Positions 8,805 through 16,939 of a stretch of DNA of 36,740 nt are shown piece after piece. This DNA comes from an uncultured Eubacteriales bacterium. GTDB taxonomy: Bacteria; Bacillota; Clostridia; Oscillospirales; Acutalibacteraceae. Positions within the stretch are counted from its first letter, which is position 1. Each line of letters starts with the position of its first letter. Location: positions 1 to 36,740 of the forward strand of contig CAZQXZ010000001.1 of NCBI GenBank assembly GCA_964597515.1, in the 5' to 3' direction. Position numbers and translations under genes: made by a program. The notes under the pieces were generated by a model. That model ran no database searches and had not been told where the DNA came from. It was given only the letters and a program-made list of their open reading frames with translations.

Positions 8805-8835
8805 CCGTGGTGTGCTTTGCGCGTCGCGGTTTTTT
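8805..8835 (+). terminator. Terminator (expression platform) of the lysine riboswitch
   Basis: CCGTGGTGTGC-TTT-GCGCGTCGCGG (11 pairs including G-U) followed by TTTTTT. Confidence 0.6.
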
Positions 8836-8861
8836 ATCATTTATGAAGGGATGTAATCATT

Positions 8862-9713
8862 ATGAAGAAAGTTTTTTGTCTTTTGCTTGCCGTACTTGCA
8901 ATCTTACCTCTCGCCGCTTGCTCCGGCAACAAGCAGGAGGGGCTTGCGGAGCTTGACAAGATTGTCGAAGGGAAGGTCATAAAGGTCGGTATGGAGTGCA
9001 ACTACGCTCCGTTCAACTGGACCCAGGCGCAGAAGACCGATACCGCCGTCGCCCTTGACGGAGGCGGATACGCCGACGGCTACGACGTTCAGATAGCCAA
9101 AAAAATAGCCGATTCTCTCGGCGTCGAGCTGAAGATTGTCAAAACCGAATGGGAGGGTCTTATTCCGGCTCTTACCTCCGGCACTGTCGACCTTGTTATC
9201 GCGGGTATGAGTCCTCTCGCGGACAGAAAGGTTTCTATCGATTTTTCCGAATACTATTACGCGAGCGAGCTTGTAATCGTCGTTAAAAAGGACGGCGCGT
9301 TTAAGGACGCGGCTTCTCTCGCCGATTTCAGCGGAGCGAAAATAACGGGTCAGCTCAGCACCTTCCATTATGATGTTATCGACCAGATAACAGACGTTAA
9401 AAAGCAGACCGCGTTAGCCGATTTCCCCTCAATGATCACCGCCCTTGAATCCGGCGCTATTGACGGCTATGTCTCCGAGCTTCCGGGCGCGGTTTCAGCC
9501 GCCGCGGCAAACAGCAAGCTTACATATATTGAATTTGCAGACGGTAAAGGCTTTACGTTTAAGCCCGACGAGGTCAACGTATCCGTAGGTCTGAGAAAAG
9601 GCAGCGATATGACCGCGAAGATTAACGAAATCCTCGCAAAAATAACCGAGGACCAGAGGATTGAGCTGATGAACACGGCTGTCAAAAACCAGCCCGTCAA
9701 CGTTGAGGAATAA
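8862..9713 (+). CDS. Amino-acid ABC transporter substrate-binding lipoprotein (predicted lysine/basic amino acid)
   Basis: Signal peptide with lipobox LPLAAC. Family-3 SBP-like sequence. Lies directly behind the L-box. Confidence 0.9.
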   Translation: MKKVFCLLLAVLAILPLAACSGNKQEGLAELDKIVEGKVIKVGMECNYAPFNWTQAQKTDTAVALDGGGYADGYDVQIAKKIADSLGVELKIVKTEWEGLIPALTSGTVDLVIAGMSPLADRKVSIDFSEYYYASELVIVVKKDGAFKDAASLADFSGAKITGQLSTFHYDVIDQITDVKKQTALADFPSMITALESGAIDGYVSELPGAVSAAAANSKLTYIEFADGKGFTFKPDEVNVSVGLRKGSDMTAKINEILAKITEDQRIELMNTAVKNQPVNVEE

Positions 9714-9724
9714 GGACTGTTAAA

Positions 9725-9816
9725 GTTTGAAAGATAAATCTTTCAAACGGGAACTTTTGTCCTTTTGCATCGTAGGTGAAGATGCAAATCGGCTTCGCCG
9801 AACGGACAAAACTTCC
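9725..9816 (+). other. Structured intercistronic RNA element (hairpin plus three-stem domain)
   Basis: Perfect 10-bp hairpin GTTTGAAAGA-TAAA-TCTTTCAAAC (9725-9748). This is followed by an outer stem GGAACTTTTGTCC/GGACAAAACTTCC (9750-9762/9804-9816, 12 of 13 paired), which encloses TTTGCATC/GATGCAAA (9764-9771/9781-9788) and CGGC-TTC-GCCG (9790-9800). Confidence 0.5.
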
Positions 9817-9843
9817 GCCTCGCAGCGAAAGGATGTCATACTT

Positions 9844-10626
9844 ATGCCCGACAGCTTTTTTGGGTGGGTAGCGCGGATATTATCGGAGTATTACCCCCTC
9901 TTTCTGCGCGGTGTATGGACCACGCTTGAAGTATCTATAACGGGTACTGTTTTCGGATTTATAATCGGGCTTTTTGTAGCCGCCGTGAGAACGGTGCCTC
10001 TGACCGAAAACGACCCGCTTATCAAAAAAATTCTTCTGAAATCCGTGCAGGCGGTATTGGTCGCCTATATCGAAATTTTCAGAGGCACGCCGATGATTGT
10101 CCAGGCAATGGTCATATTCTACGGAATTCCGCAGCTTTTAGGCATACATCTGCACGTTATCCGCGCGGCGATACTGATTATCTCTATCAACACCGGCGCG
10201 TATATGGCGGAAATTATCAGAGGCGGCATCGTTTCCGTGGACAAGGGGCAGGCCGAGGGCGCGAACTCCATAGGCATGACCCACACTCAGTCAATGACAA
10301 GCGTTATTCTCCCGCAGGCGGTACGCAACATTATGCCCTCGATAGGCAACGAATTTGTCATTAATATAAAGGACAGCTCCGTCCTCAACGTAATATCTGT
10401 GACAGAGCTGTACTTTATGACGAAATCGGCCGCCGGAACCTATCTGAAATATTTTGAGTCGTTCTTTATCACCGCCGTCATTTATTTTATACTGACCTTT
10501 ACGGTTACGCGCATACTGCGCCTTGTCGAGAAAAAGATGGACGGCAAGGACAGTTACACGATTTTCGGCTCGCAGAGTGACCACAAGGCCACAATCCGTA
10601 TAAAGGAGGAGGCGCGCCGTGACTGA
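9844..10626 (+). CDS. Amino-acid ABC transporter permease
   Basis: ATG 9844 follows AAAGGA. The sequence between 9727 and 9843 is the structured spacer and is not protein-like. Typical His/Glu/Gln/Arg-family permease sequence ([18 protein letters not shown]). Confidence 0.85.
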   Translation: MPDSFFGWVARILSEYYPLFLRGVWTTLEVSITGTVFGFIIGLFVAAVRTVPLTENDPLIKKILLKSVQAVLVAYIEIFRGTPMIVQAMVIFYGIPQLLGIHLHVIRAAILIISINTGAYMAEIIRGGIVSVDKGQAEGANSIGMTHTQSMTSVILPQAVRNIMPSIGNEFVINIKDSSVLNVISVTELYFMTKSAAGTYLKYFESFFITAVIYFILTFTVTRILRLVEKKMDGKDSYTIFGSQSDHKATIRIKEEARRD

Positions 10627-11359
10627 CGTATTTCAGGTTTCGGGACTTATAAAAAAATTCGGAGATAACGAGGTTTTAAGGGATATCAACCTCAATGTCG
10701 AGCAAAGCGAGATAGTAAGTATCATAGGTTCGTCCGGCTCCGGCAAAAGCACGCTGCTTCGCTGCCTGAACCTGCTTGAAACCCCGACAGGCGGCGAAAT
10801 CCTCTACCACGGCGAGGATATTCGGGCAAAAGGCTTTTCGCTTCCTAAATACCGCGCGAAGGTAGGTATGGTTTTCCAGCAGTTCAATCTGTTCAACAAT
10901 ATGACCGTGCTTCAAAATTGCGTGTCGGGACAGATGAAGGTGCTCGGAAAAAACCGGACGGACGCCGAAAGAACGGCGAAGGAGCACCTCGCGTCTGTCG
11001 AAATGCTCCAATTCATCAACGCCAAGCCCAAACAAATTTCGGGTGGGCAGAAGCAGCGCGTCGCGATAGCCAGAGCGCTGTCCATGGGTCCCGAGGTCAT
11101 CCTCTTTGACGAGCCGACGAGCGCGCTTGACCCCGAGATGGTCGGCGAAGTGCTTGCCGTTATGAAAAACCTTGTGAACACGGGGCTTACAATGCTTGTC
11201 GTTACGCACGAAATGGCTTTTGCCAGGGAAGTGTCTGACCGCGTCGTATTTATGGACGCCGGAGCGGTAATCGAGATAAACCCCCCGACAATAATCTTCA
11301 ACAAGCCGGATAAGGAAAGAACAAAGGATTTTCTGTCAAGATTTTTAATCAATAATTAA
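10619..11359 (+). CDS. Amino-acid ABC transporter ATP-binding protein
   Basis: Walker [10 protein letters not shown], signature SGGQKQR, Walker [15 protein letters not shown] start overlaps the permease stop. Confidence 0.9.
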   Translation: MTDVFQVSGLIKKFGDNEVLRDINLNVEQSEIVSIIGSSGSGKSTLLRCLNLLETPTGGEILYHGEDIRAKGFSLPKYRAKVGMVFQQFNLFNNMTVLQNCVSGQMKVLGKNRTDAERTAKEHLASVEMLQFINAKPKQISGGQKQRVAIARALSMGPEVILFDEPTSALDPEMVGEVLAVMKNLVNTGLTMLVVTHEMAFAREVSDRVVFMDAGAVIEINPPTIIFNKPDKERTKDFLSRFLINN

Positions 11360-11365
11360 AAGTTC

Positions 11366-11394
11366 TTGCGTTTTTCCGTATTTTATGCTATTCT
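11366..11394 (+). promoter_or_regulatory. Putative promoter of the THI-box leader
   Basis: TTGCGT, 17 nt, TATTCT. Confidence 0.4.
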
Positions 11395-11408
11395 AACAGT
11401 TGCCAAGT

Positions 11409-11503
11409 AAATACAGGGGTGCTGATTAAAATCGGCTGAGATGAGAGCTATTAGCTTTTAAACCCTTAACCTGATGCGGATAATGCCGACGAAGGGAGTA
11501 TGG
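11409..11503 (+). promoter_or_regulatory. TPP riboswitch (THI element)
   Basis: ACAGGGGTGCTG...GGCTGAGA...AACCCTTAACCTGATGCGGATAATGCCGACGAAGGGAG. This is the canonical THI-box core (GGGGUGC, CUGAGA, ACCUGAU..GGAUAAUGCC..GAAGGGA). Confidence 0.85.
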
Positions 11504-11524
11504 AAGCAGCAATTCCAAAACCTA

Positions 11525-11556
11525 AATCGCCAAGCGTGTATTCGCTTGGCGATTTT
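11525..11556 (+). terminator. Terminator (expression platform) of the TPP riboswitch
   Basis: Perfect 12-bp stem AATCGCCAAGCG / CGCTTGGCGATT with loop TGTATT, followed by a T-rich tail. Confidence 0.65.
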
Positions 11557-11587
11557 AATGTTCTGACAAAACAGGAGGTTTTTGAAA

Positions 11588-12175
11588 ATGAAAAAAGTAA
11601 GAATACTTGTCGAGAGCGCCGTTATGATAGCCTTGGCGACAATTTTAAGTGTTTTCTGCGTATATAAGCTTCCGTTCGGCGGCTCGGTAACGCTTTTAAG
11701 CCAGCTTCCCATTATACTGATATCTTACCGTCACGGTATAAAGCACGGTCTGATAGCCGGTGTCGTTATGGGAGTTTTACAGATGCTGCTCGGCGCACAA
11801 AATTTCAGCTATGTCACGGGCATTGCCGCGATGATAATCCTCGCCTTTTCGGATTATCTTGCCGCATTCGGCTCCTTGGGACTTGGCGGAATATTCAGAA
11901 AACGCTTTGACAGACCGGTTTTAGAGCTTGCCTTAGGTTCTGTCGCCGTGTCTTTGATGAGATATTTATGCCATATCATATCGGGCGTCACTATATGGAG
12001 CGGCTACGCGCCGGAAAATCAAACAGTACTTTATTACTCGGTAACATACAACGGTCTGTATATGCTTCCCGAGCTTATAATAACCGCCGCAGGCGCCGCC
12101 GCTATCGGCTCCGCCTTCGACCTGCTCTCCCCCGAAATCAAGCTGCGCCCCAGAAAAAAGGACGGCAAATATTAG
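11588..12175 (+). CDS. thiT: Thiamine transporter ThiT (ECF S-component)
   Basis: ATG lies 9 nt after AGGAGG. Six TM segments. Resembles B. subtilis ThiT/YuaJ (GGSV, RY..HIISG, YS.TYNG.YMLPE). Lies behind the THI-box. Confidence 0.8.
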   Translation: MKKVRILVESAVMIALATILSVFCVYKLPFGGSVTLLSQLPIILISYRHGIKHGLIAGVVMGVLQMLLGAQNFSYVTGIAAMIILAFSDYLAAFGSLGLGGIFRKRFDRPVLELALGSVAVSLMRYLCHIISGVTIWSGYAPENQTVLYYSVTYNGLYMLPELIITAAGAAAIGSAFDLLSPEIKLRPRKKDGKY

Positions 12176-12272
12176 GAAAACGAGCTGTGCTTTATAACGC
12201 AAGCACAACTTTAATTCAAGCAGGGACGCAGTCTCCCGAAGCCTTTATCTTCCCGCCCGCCTCAATATACTC

Positions 12273-13757
12273 TTATTTATGATACAACTGTTTTCTCTCA
12301 TAATGCGGCTCGCAGGTCAGGTTTATCCCGAGCTTCCTGTAAACGTCCCTGTCCACCTGCGAGAGAATGACCGTGGAGTGTGCCTCGCATCCCCGCAGCT
12401 GCGGCAGCGCGCCGAACGCGAGGGCGGCGTTTTCGCTCGTCGTGGCGCTCATGGAAAGCGCTATTAAAACCTCGTCCGTATGCAGGCGGGGGTTTCTGTT
12501 GCCTAAAAACCGCGTCTTCAAATCCTGAATAGGCTCTATAATCTTCGGGTCGATAAGCGTTATTTCATCAGCCTGCCCGCTTATGCTTTTCAGCGCGTTG
12601 AGCAGGGCGGCGGAGGATGCTCCCAAAAGGTCGGAGGTCTTGCCCGTCACCGTCGCTCCGTTTTGAAGCTCTATGGCGACGGCGGGCTGATTGCCCGTCA
12701 TCTCGCTTTTTTCGATTGCCTTTTTAATTACCGTTCTGTAATCTACGCTTATCCCCGCCTGATTCATCAGGCTTTCTATTTTTAAAATCGCCTCGTCGCA
12801 TTTATGACCGTTTCTCGCGTCACAAAGTGTCGCGAAATACCTGCGTACAATTTCCGCTTTCGACGCTTCGCGGCAAGCCTCGTCGTCGCTTATACAGTAG
12901 CCCGCCATATTGACGCCCATATCCGTAGGAGATTTATATGGGCTTTTGCCCTCGATTTTTTCAAATATCGTGTTAAGAACCGGAAACACTTCCACATCGC
13001 GGTTGTAATTTACCGTTTTCTCTCCGTATGCTTCAAGATGATACGGGTCTATCATATTTACGTCATTTAAGTCGGCGGTCGCCGCCTCATAAGCGAGATT
13101 TATCGGGTGCTTGAGCGGAATGTTCCATATCGGAAAGGTCTCAAATTTGGCATAACCGGCTTTTATGCCCCTTAAACTGTCGTGGTAGAGCTGCGAAAGG
13201 CATGTCGCCATCTTGCCGCTGCCCGGACCCGGCGCGGTTATAACGACCAGAGGACGCTGTGTTTCAATGTATTCGTTCTTCCCGAACCCGTCCTCGCTGA
13301 CGATTTTCGCCACGTTGTAGGGATACCCCTCGATAGAATAATGGACGAACACCCGAACGCCGTGCTTTTCAAGCTTCTCCCTGAAAACCGACGCGACCTC
13401 CTGACCGCTGTACTGGGCTATAACGACGCTGCCCACATAAAGCCCGACGCTGCGAAACGCGTCGATAAGCCTTAAAACGTCGCTGTCGTATGTAATCCCG
13501 AGGTCGCGCCTTATTTTATTGCTCTCTATGTCCCCCGCGTTAATGACTACAACCACCTCGACGCTGTCGCCGATATTTGTAAGCATGCGCAGCTTGCTGT
13601 CAGGCTCAAATCCGGGCAGCACGCGCGACGCGTGGTAATCGTCAAAAAGCTTGCCGCCGAATTCCAAATAAAGCTTGCCGCCGAACTCGTTGATACGCCG
13701 CTTTATCTGCTGCGATTGCTCTTTAACATACAAATCAATGTCAAATCCCGTTTTCAT
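12273..13757 (-). CDS. DUF1846 / UPF0371 family protein
   Basis: 494 aa. N-terminus ...GKLYLEFGGKLFDDYHASRVLPGFEPDSKL is characteristic of UPF0371 proteins. Confidence 0.85.
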   Translation of the reverse strand: MKTGFDIDLYVKEQSQQIKRRINEFGGKLYLEFGGKLFDDYHASRVLPGFEPDSKLRMLTNIGDSVEVVVVINAGDIESNKIRRDLGITYDSDVLRLIDAFRSVGLYVGSVVIAQYSGQEVASVFREKLEKHGVRVFVHYSIEGYPYNVAKIVSEDGFGKNEYIETQRPLVVITAPGPGSGKMATCLSQLYHDSLRGIKAGYAKFETFPIWNIPLKHPINLAYEAATADLNDVNMIDPYHLEAYGEKTVNYNRDVEVFPVLNTIFEKIEGKSPYKSPTDMGVNMAGYCISDDEACREASKAEIVRRYFATLCDARNGHKCDEAILKIESLMNQAGISVDYRTVIKKAIEKSEMTGNQPAVAIELQNGATVTGKTSDLLGASSAALLNALKSISGQADEITLIDPKIIEPIQDLKTRFLGNRNPRLHTDEVLIALSMSATTSENAALAFGALPQLRGCEAHSTVILSQVDRDVYRKLGINLTCEPHYERKQLYHK

Positions 13758-13862
13758 AGCAACGCCCTACCTCCGCAACTTTGTGTATTTTCTCTCTTAT
13801 GACATAAACCTAACTCCGTTTGCCGAAATGCGTCCGGCAAACAGTATTTCATAACAATACGG

Positions 13863-13892
13863 TTATTCTAACTTATCTTAACATATTCTAAC
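13863..13892. repeat. Three tandem 10-bp repeats overlapping the putative DUF1846 promoter
   Basis: TTATTCTAAC TTATCTTAAC ATATTCTAAC. On the minus strand, TTGAAA (13913-13908), 17 nt, TAGAAT (13890-13885). Confidence 0.4.
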
Positions 13893-13931
13893 AGTTTTAA
13901 GCCGCTTTTTCAAGGACTTTAAGGATTAAAT

Positions 13932-14324
13932 TTAACATAATCCTTCGCCGATATTTATAATTGTCAGCCCTTCCTCTGACGCGTACCGAACCGTCCGAGC
14001 CGTCCCGCCAAAAGAACGCGTCATTGCACAGAGGCAATAGACCGAGCACCCAACCATATAGCGGTTGCGCCTGTCCATACATCCGCCGTCATATTCCTGT
14101 GAAACATAGACGATCTCATCCGCTGTGCTAAGCTGGGCGCGGTACGCTCTTTTCTGCTCCTCGCTCCAATACTTGTCCTGCCCCTTACATGGCAAAGCAA
14201 AAATCAGGCGTATTTTTCTTTGTGTCTCTTTCTTTGAAATAATCAGTGATGCGGCAAGCTGGTCAAAGCCGAGCGCACCACCCGAAATAAAGTTTGTTAC
14301 GCCTTCGTTTATGAGGTTTTCCAC
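13932..14324 (-). CDS. YpsA-like SLOG/DUF1273 protein; the annotated GTG start truncates the conserved N-terminus (possible pseudogene)
   Basis: SGGALGFDQLAA and the C-terminal GGT..T motifs are typical of DUF1273. The frame stays open upstream to 14414 and encodes VTCCFTGHRKLP, but there is no ATG/GTG/TTG between the in-frame TAA (14417-14415) and GTG 14324. Confidence 0.6.
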   Translation of the reverse strand: MENLINEGVTNFISGGALGFDQLAASLIISKKETQRKIRLIFALPCKGQDKYWSEEQKRAYRAQLSTADEIVYVSQEYDGGCMDRRNRYMVGCSVYCLCAMTRSFGGTARTVRYASEEGLTIINIGEGLC

Positions 14325-14536
14325 CTCGCGGTTAAGGCGCTTTTTAATTTGTCCGATTTCATCCGCGGGCAGCTTGCGATGTCCGGTAAAACAACAGGTA
14401 ACGCTTCTGTTCGCTTATATAACAATCCTTTCGGTAAATTTAACGCACTTGTTATTAGTGCATATTTTAACATTACCACAATATTCACTTAAAATAAAGG
14501 TGTATTAAGTGCAATTTTAGTTAGAGGGTGAATTAA

Positions 14537-14719
14537 GTGAAGAAATACAAGCACATAAGCATCCGGATTGATGAAGATATTCTGAATAAGTTTCATTATG
14601 TGGCAAAATATGAAGACCGCTCTGCAAGCAGGCAAATTATGTTCTTAATAAATAAATGTATACGGGATTATGAAGAGGCTCACGGGAAAATTGATTTAAG
14701 TGAAATAAATCAACCGTAA
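14537..14719 (+). CDS. Small ribbon-helix-helix (CopG/Arc-like) DNA-binding protein
   Basis: 60 aa. The N-terminal beta-strand pattern KHISIRIDEDILNKF is followed by two helices. GTG start lies after GAGGGTG. AT-rich codon usage, unlike its neighbours. Confidence 0.6.
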   Translation: MKKYKHISIRIDEDILNKFHYVAKYEDRSASRQIMFLINKCIRDYEEAHGKIDLSEINQP

Positions 14720-14760
14720 AGCCTGTTAGTATCCACGCGTCTGCCAAGGATAATAAGCAC

Positions 14761-14794
14761 AAAAAACTCCCGCCTGAGCGTTGCCTCAGACGGG
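14761..14794 (-). terminator. Intrinsic terminator of purC
   Basis: Minus strand reads CCCGTCTGAG-GCAACG-CTCAGGCGGG (9 of 10 paired), then AGTTTTTT. Confidence 0.6.
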
Positions 14795-14853
14795 AAAATC
14801 TATTTCATTAAATATCAAATTACGGTTTCGGTCTTTGAAATGCTATGTTGGCA

Positions 14854-15537
14854 TCAGCCTATCTTTTCCAAAAGCATCTTTGCGCAGTCAATCTGATTTG
14901 GGATGTCGCCGTTTTCGTCCTTGATACGCCAGATATCGGGCGTGATTTCATCCGCCACAACGACTTTTCCGTTTTCGTCATAGCCCAGCTCAATCTTAAA
15001 ATCTATCAGGGTATAGCCCATTGAGGCAAGCTCCTTTTTCAACACTTCCCCGACCCTCGCAAGCACGCCCTGCGCCTCCTCATACTGCCCGGGCGCGAGA
15101 AACCCCTTAATCAGGCACAGCCGCTCGCTTATCAGCGGATCCCCTTGCTCGTCACTCTTTAATGTGACCTCGGGATACGGCGGGTCAAAAGGTATTCCCT
15201 CCTCAAGGGAAAAACGGCGGCACATGCTACCGGCTGTAAAATAGCGCAATATGAATTCCAGCGGCGGCACCGTAACCTTATGTACGCGCATCAGCCCTTT
15301 GTCAATGTCCGCGCTTATGTAATGCGTCGGGATACCGTTTTTCTCCATAAGCTCAAAAAAGTAGGCGGATATTTTAAGACCGGTTTTCCCTTTGCCCTCA
15401 ACGCTTCCGCCTACTGTGTTGGAGCCCGGGTCAAACACGCCGTTTTCACCCGTCGCGCTGTCCTTAAACAGCAGATAGACCGCGCCGGACTCGTCCGCAA
15501 GCACATTTTTTGTTTTGCCCTCATACAAGGTTTTCAT
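14854..15537 (-). CDS. purC: Phosphoribosylaminoimidazole-succinocarboxamide (SAICAR) synthase
   Basis: MKTLYEGKTKNV N-terminus and overall PurC-like sequence. 227 aa. Confidence 0.9.
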   Translation of the reverse strand: MKTLYEGKTKNVLADESGAVYLLFKDSATGENGVFDPGSNTVGGSVEGKGKTGLKISAYFFELMEKNGIPTHYISADIDKGLMRVHKVTVPPLEFILRYFTAGSMCRRFSLEEGIPFDPPYPEVTLKSDEQGDPLISERLCLIKGFLAPGQYEEAQGVLARVGEVLKKELASMGYTLIDFKIELGYDENGKVVVADEITPDIWRIKDENGDIPNQIDCAKMLLEKIG

Positions 15538-15618
15538 TTTGACTTCCCCTTTTATCTTTTAACTAATCAGACGTTCAATTTATTTGGCGGCTGTTTTAAA
15601 ACAAGCCGCTATCATCTA

Positions 15619-16842
15619 TTAATTCTCCGGCTTTATCTTCTTCGGAATTTTTAACAGCATCGTTATAATCAGCGAAACCACACACGCGCCCGCCGCAACG
15701 ATAAAGGAATACGTATAAGCGCCGGCAGCGGCAAGCCTGTTTGACAAAAGCGGAAAGAACAGCGCCGACACCCCGAACCCAATCATAACGCACCCGTAAT
15801 TAAGACCCATATGCTTGGTTCCGAACAAATCGGCGGCAGTCGCGGCATACACGCTTGCCGTCCCGCCAAAACAAAACGCGATTGTCACAACGCATATTAA
15901 AAACATTATATCTTTCGCGGATATCATCCCGAGGGAAGCTGCAAACATAATAACGGCGAGTGTTATAATCCCCATTTTCCTGCCGGCATAGTCGGAAAAC
16001 CATGACGCGAGCAATCGCCCGCTCGCACTTGCGACACCCGTCAGCATAACGCCGAACGCCGCCATATTATCCGTAAGGCCGCGCTCTACGCCAAGTGATA
16101 TGAATAAGGGATTGAGGATAAAATAGGCGGGTAACAGGAAAAACATAGAAAGAGTCAGCATATAAAACTGTTTTGTTTTCAGCATTTCCAAAGTAGTATA
16201 CTGCTTTTGCGCGCTGACCGGCGGTACCGTTTCCCCTAAAGCTTCGGAGTTTTGCGGCTCTTGGGGGCGCGGATTGGAAAGAAACAGCGAGCAGACACTG
16301 CAAACGGCTATAAATAAAATCCCCCAAAAACGAAACGTGGCGGGAACTCCCCAATTGGCAAGCATATATTTAGTCGTGGGCGCAAACAGCACCAGTGAAA
16401 AGCCGAACGCGCTTACCATCATTCCGGTTGCAAAACCGCGTTTGTCCGGAAACCATTTCTGCACTACGGATACCGTCGCGGTGTAGACGCATCCTACGCC
16501 AAAACCGCCGATAACCCCATAAAAAATATAAATAAGCCACGGCATAGACAGGGGCGTAAACGCACTCAATATCATGCTCAGCCCTAACAGCACGCCGCCG
16601 GACAGCGCGACCGGTCTGGGGGTGTAGACATCCTGCAAACGCCCGCCGATAATGATACCGAGCACAAACATAGCGAGCATAACCGAAGAAGTGACGGCAG
16701 CTTTTGCGGGGTCCCACGCGAGATGCTGCGCCACCGGACCCTTAAACACGCTCCACATATAGAGTATCCCGGCAGAAAGCTGCAAAATCATACCCGCGGC
16801 AAGGACAAGATATCTGTTTTTAACCGCAATTCCAATCTTCAT
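15619..16842 (-). CDS. MFS transporter (oxalate/formate antiporter-like family)
   Basis: 407 aa with 12 predicted TM segments. The WFPDKRGFATG loop motif is typical of OFA-type MFS proteins. Confidence 0.75.
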   Translation of the reverse strand: MKIGIAVKNRYLVLAAGMILQLSAGILYMWSVFKGPVAQHLAWDPAKAAVTSSVMLAMFVLGIIIGGRLQDVYTPRPVALSGGVLLGLSMILSAFTPLSMPWLIYIFYGVIGGFGVGCVYTATVSVVQKWFPDKRGFATGMMVSAFGFSLVLFAPTTKYMLANWGVPATFRFWGILFIAVCSVCSLFLSNPRPQEPQNSEALGETVPPVSAQKQYTTLEMLKTKQFYMLTLSMFFLLPAYFILNPLFISLGVERGLTDNMAAFGVMLTGVASASGRLLASWFSDYAGRKMGIITLAVIMFAASLGMISAKDIMFLICVVTIAFCFGGTASVYAATAADLFGTKHMGLNYGCVMIGFGVSALFFPLLSNRLAAAGAYTYSFIVAAGACVVSLIITMLLKIPKKIKPEN

Positions 16843-16939
16843 AATTCACCTTTACAGCATTTATTTTTATTTTATTGCCCTTTATTTTATCACATTAAAG
16901 CTAATACCACAACAAAAAATTTTCGCGTTTTTCAAATCA

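Noticed and set aside
9727-9843. N-terminal extensions offered by the ORF track (9727, 7661, 6286, 5828, 21577, 24126, 20942, 27716, 11582)
   Set aside because: In each case an internal ATG, GTG or TTG with a properly spaced Shine-Dalgarno sequence, and often an overlap with the upstream stop, gives a protein that starts where homology or the signal peptide starts. The extensions are not protein-like or lie in structured RNA.
11388-11400. 13-nt identity TATTCTAACAGTT shared with 13884-13896
   Set aside because: Several 13-mer coincidences are expected by chance in a 36.7-kb window read on both strands. Both copies overlap -10-like boxes, and there is no flanking similarity.
15538-15618. Purine/guanine riboswitch upstream of purC (and of guaA at 20835-20880)
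   Set aside because: The leaders are only ~80 nt (mostly the upstream terminator) and ~45 nt respectively, which is too short. They also lack the conserved purine-riboswitch junction sequences.
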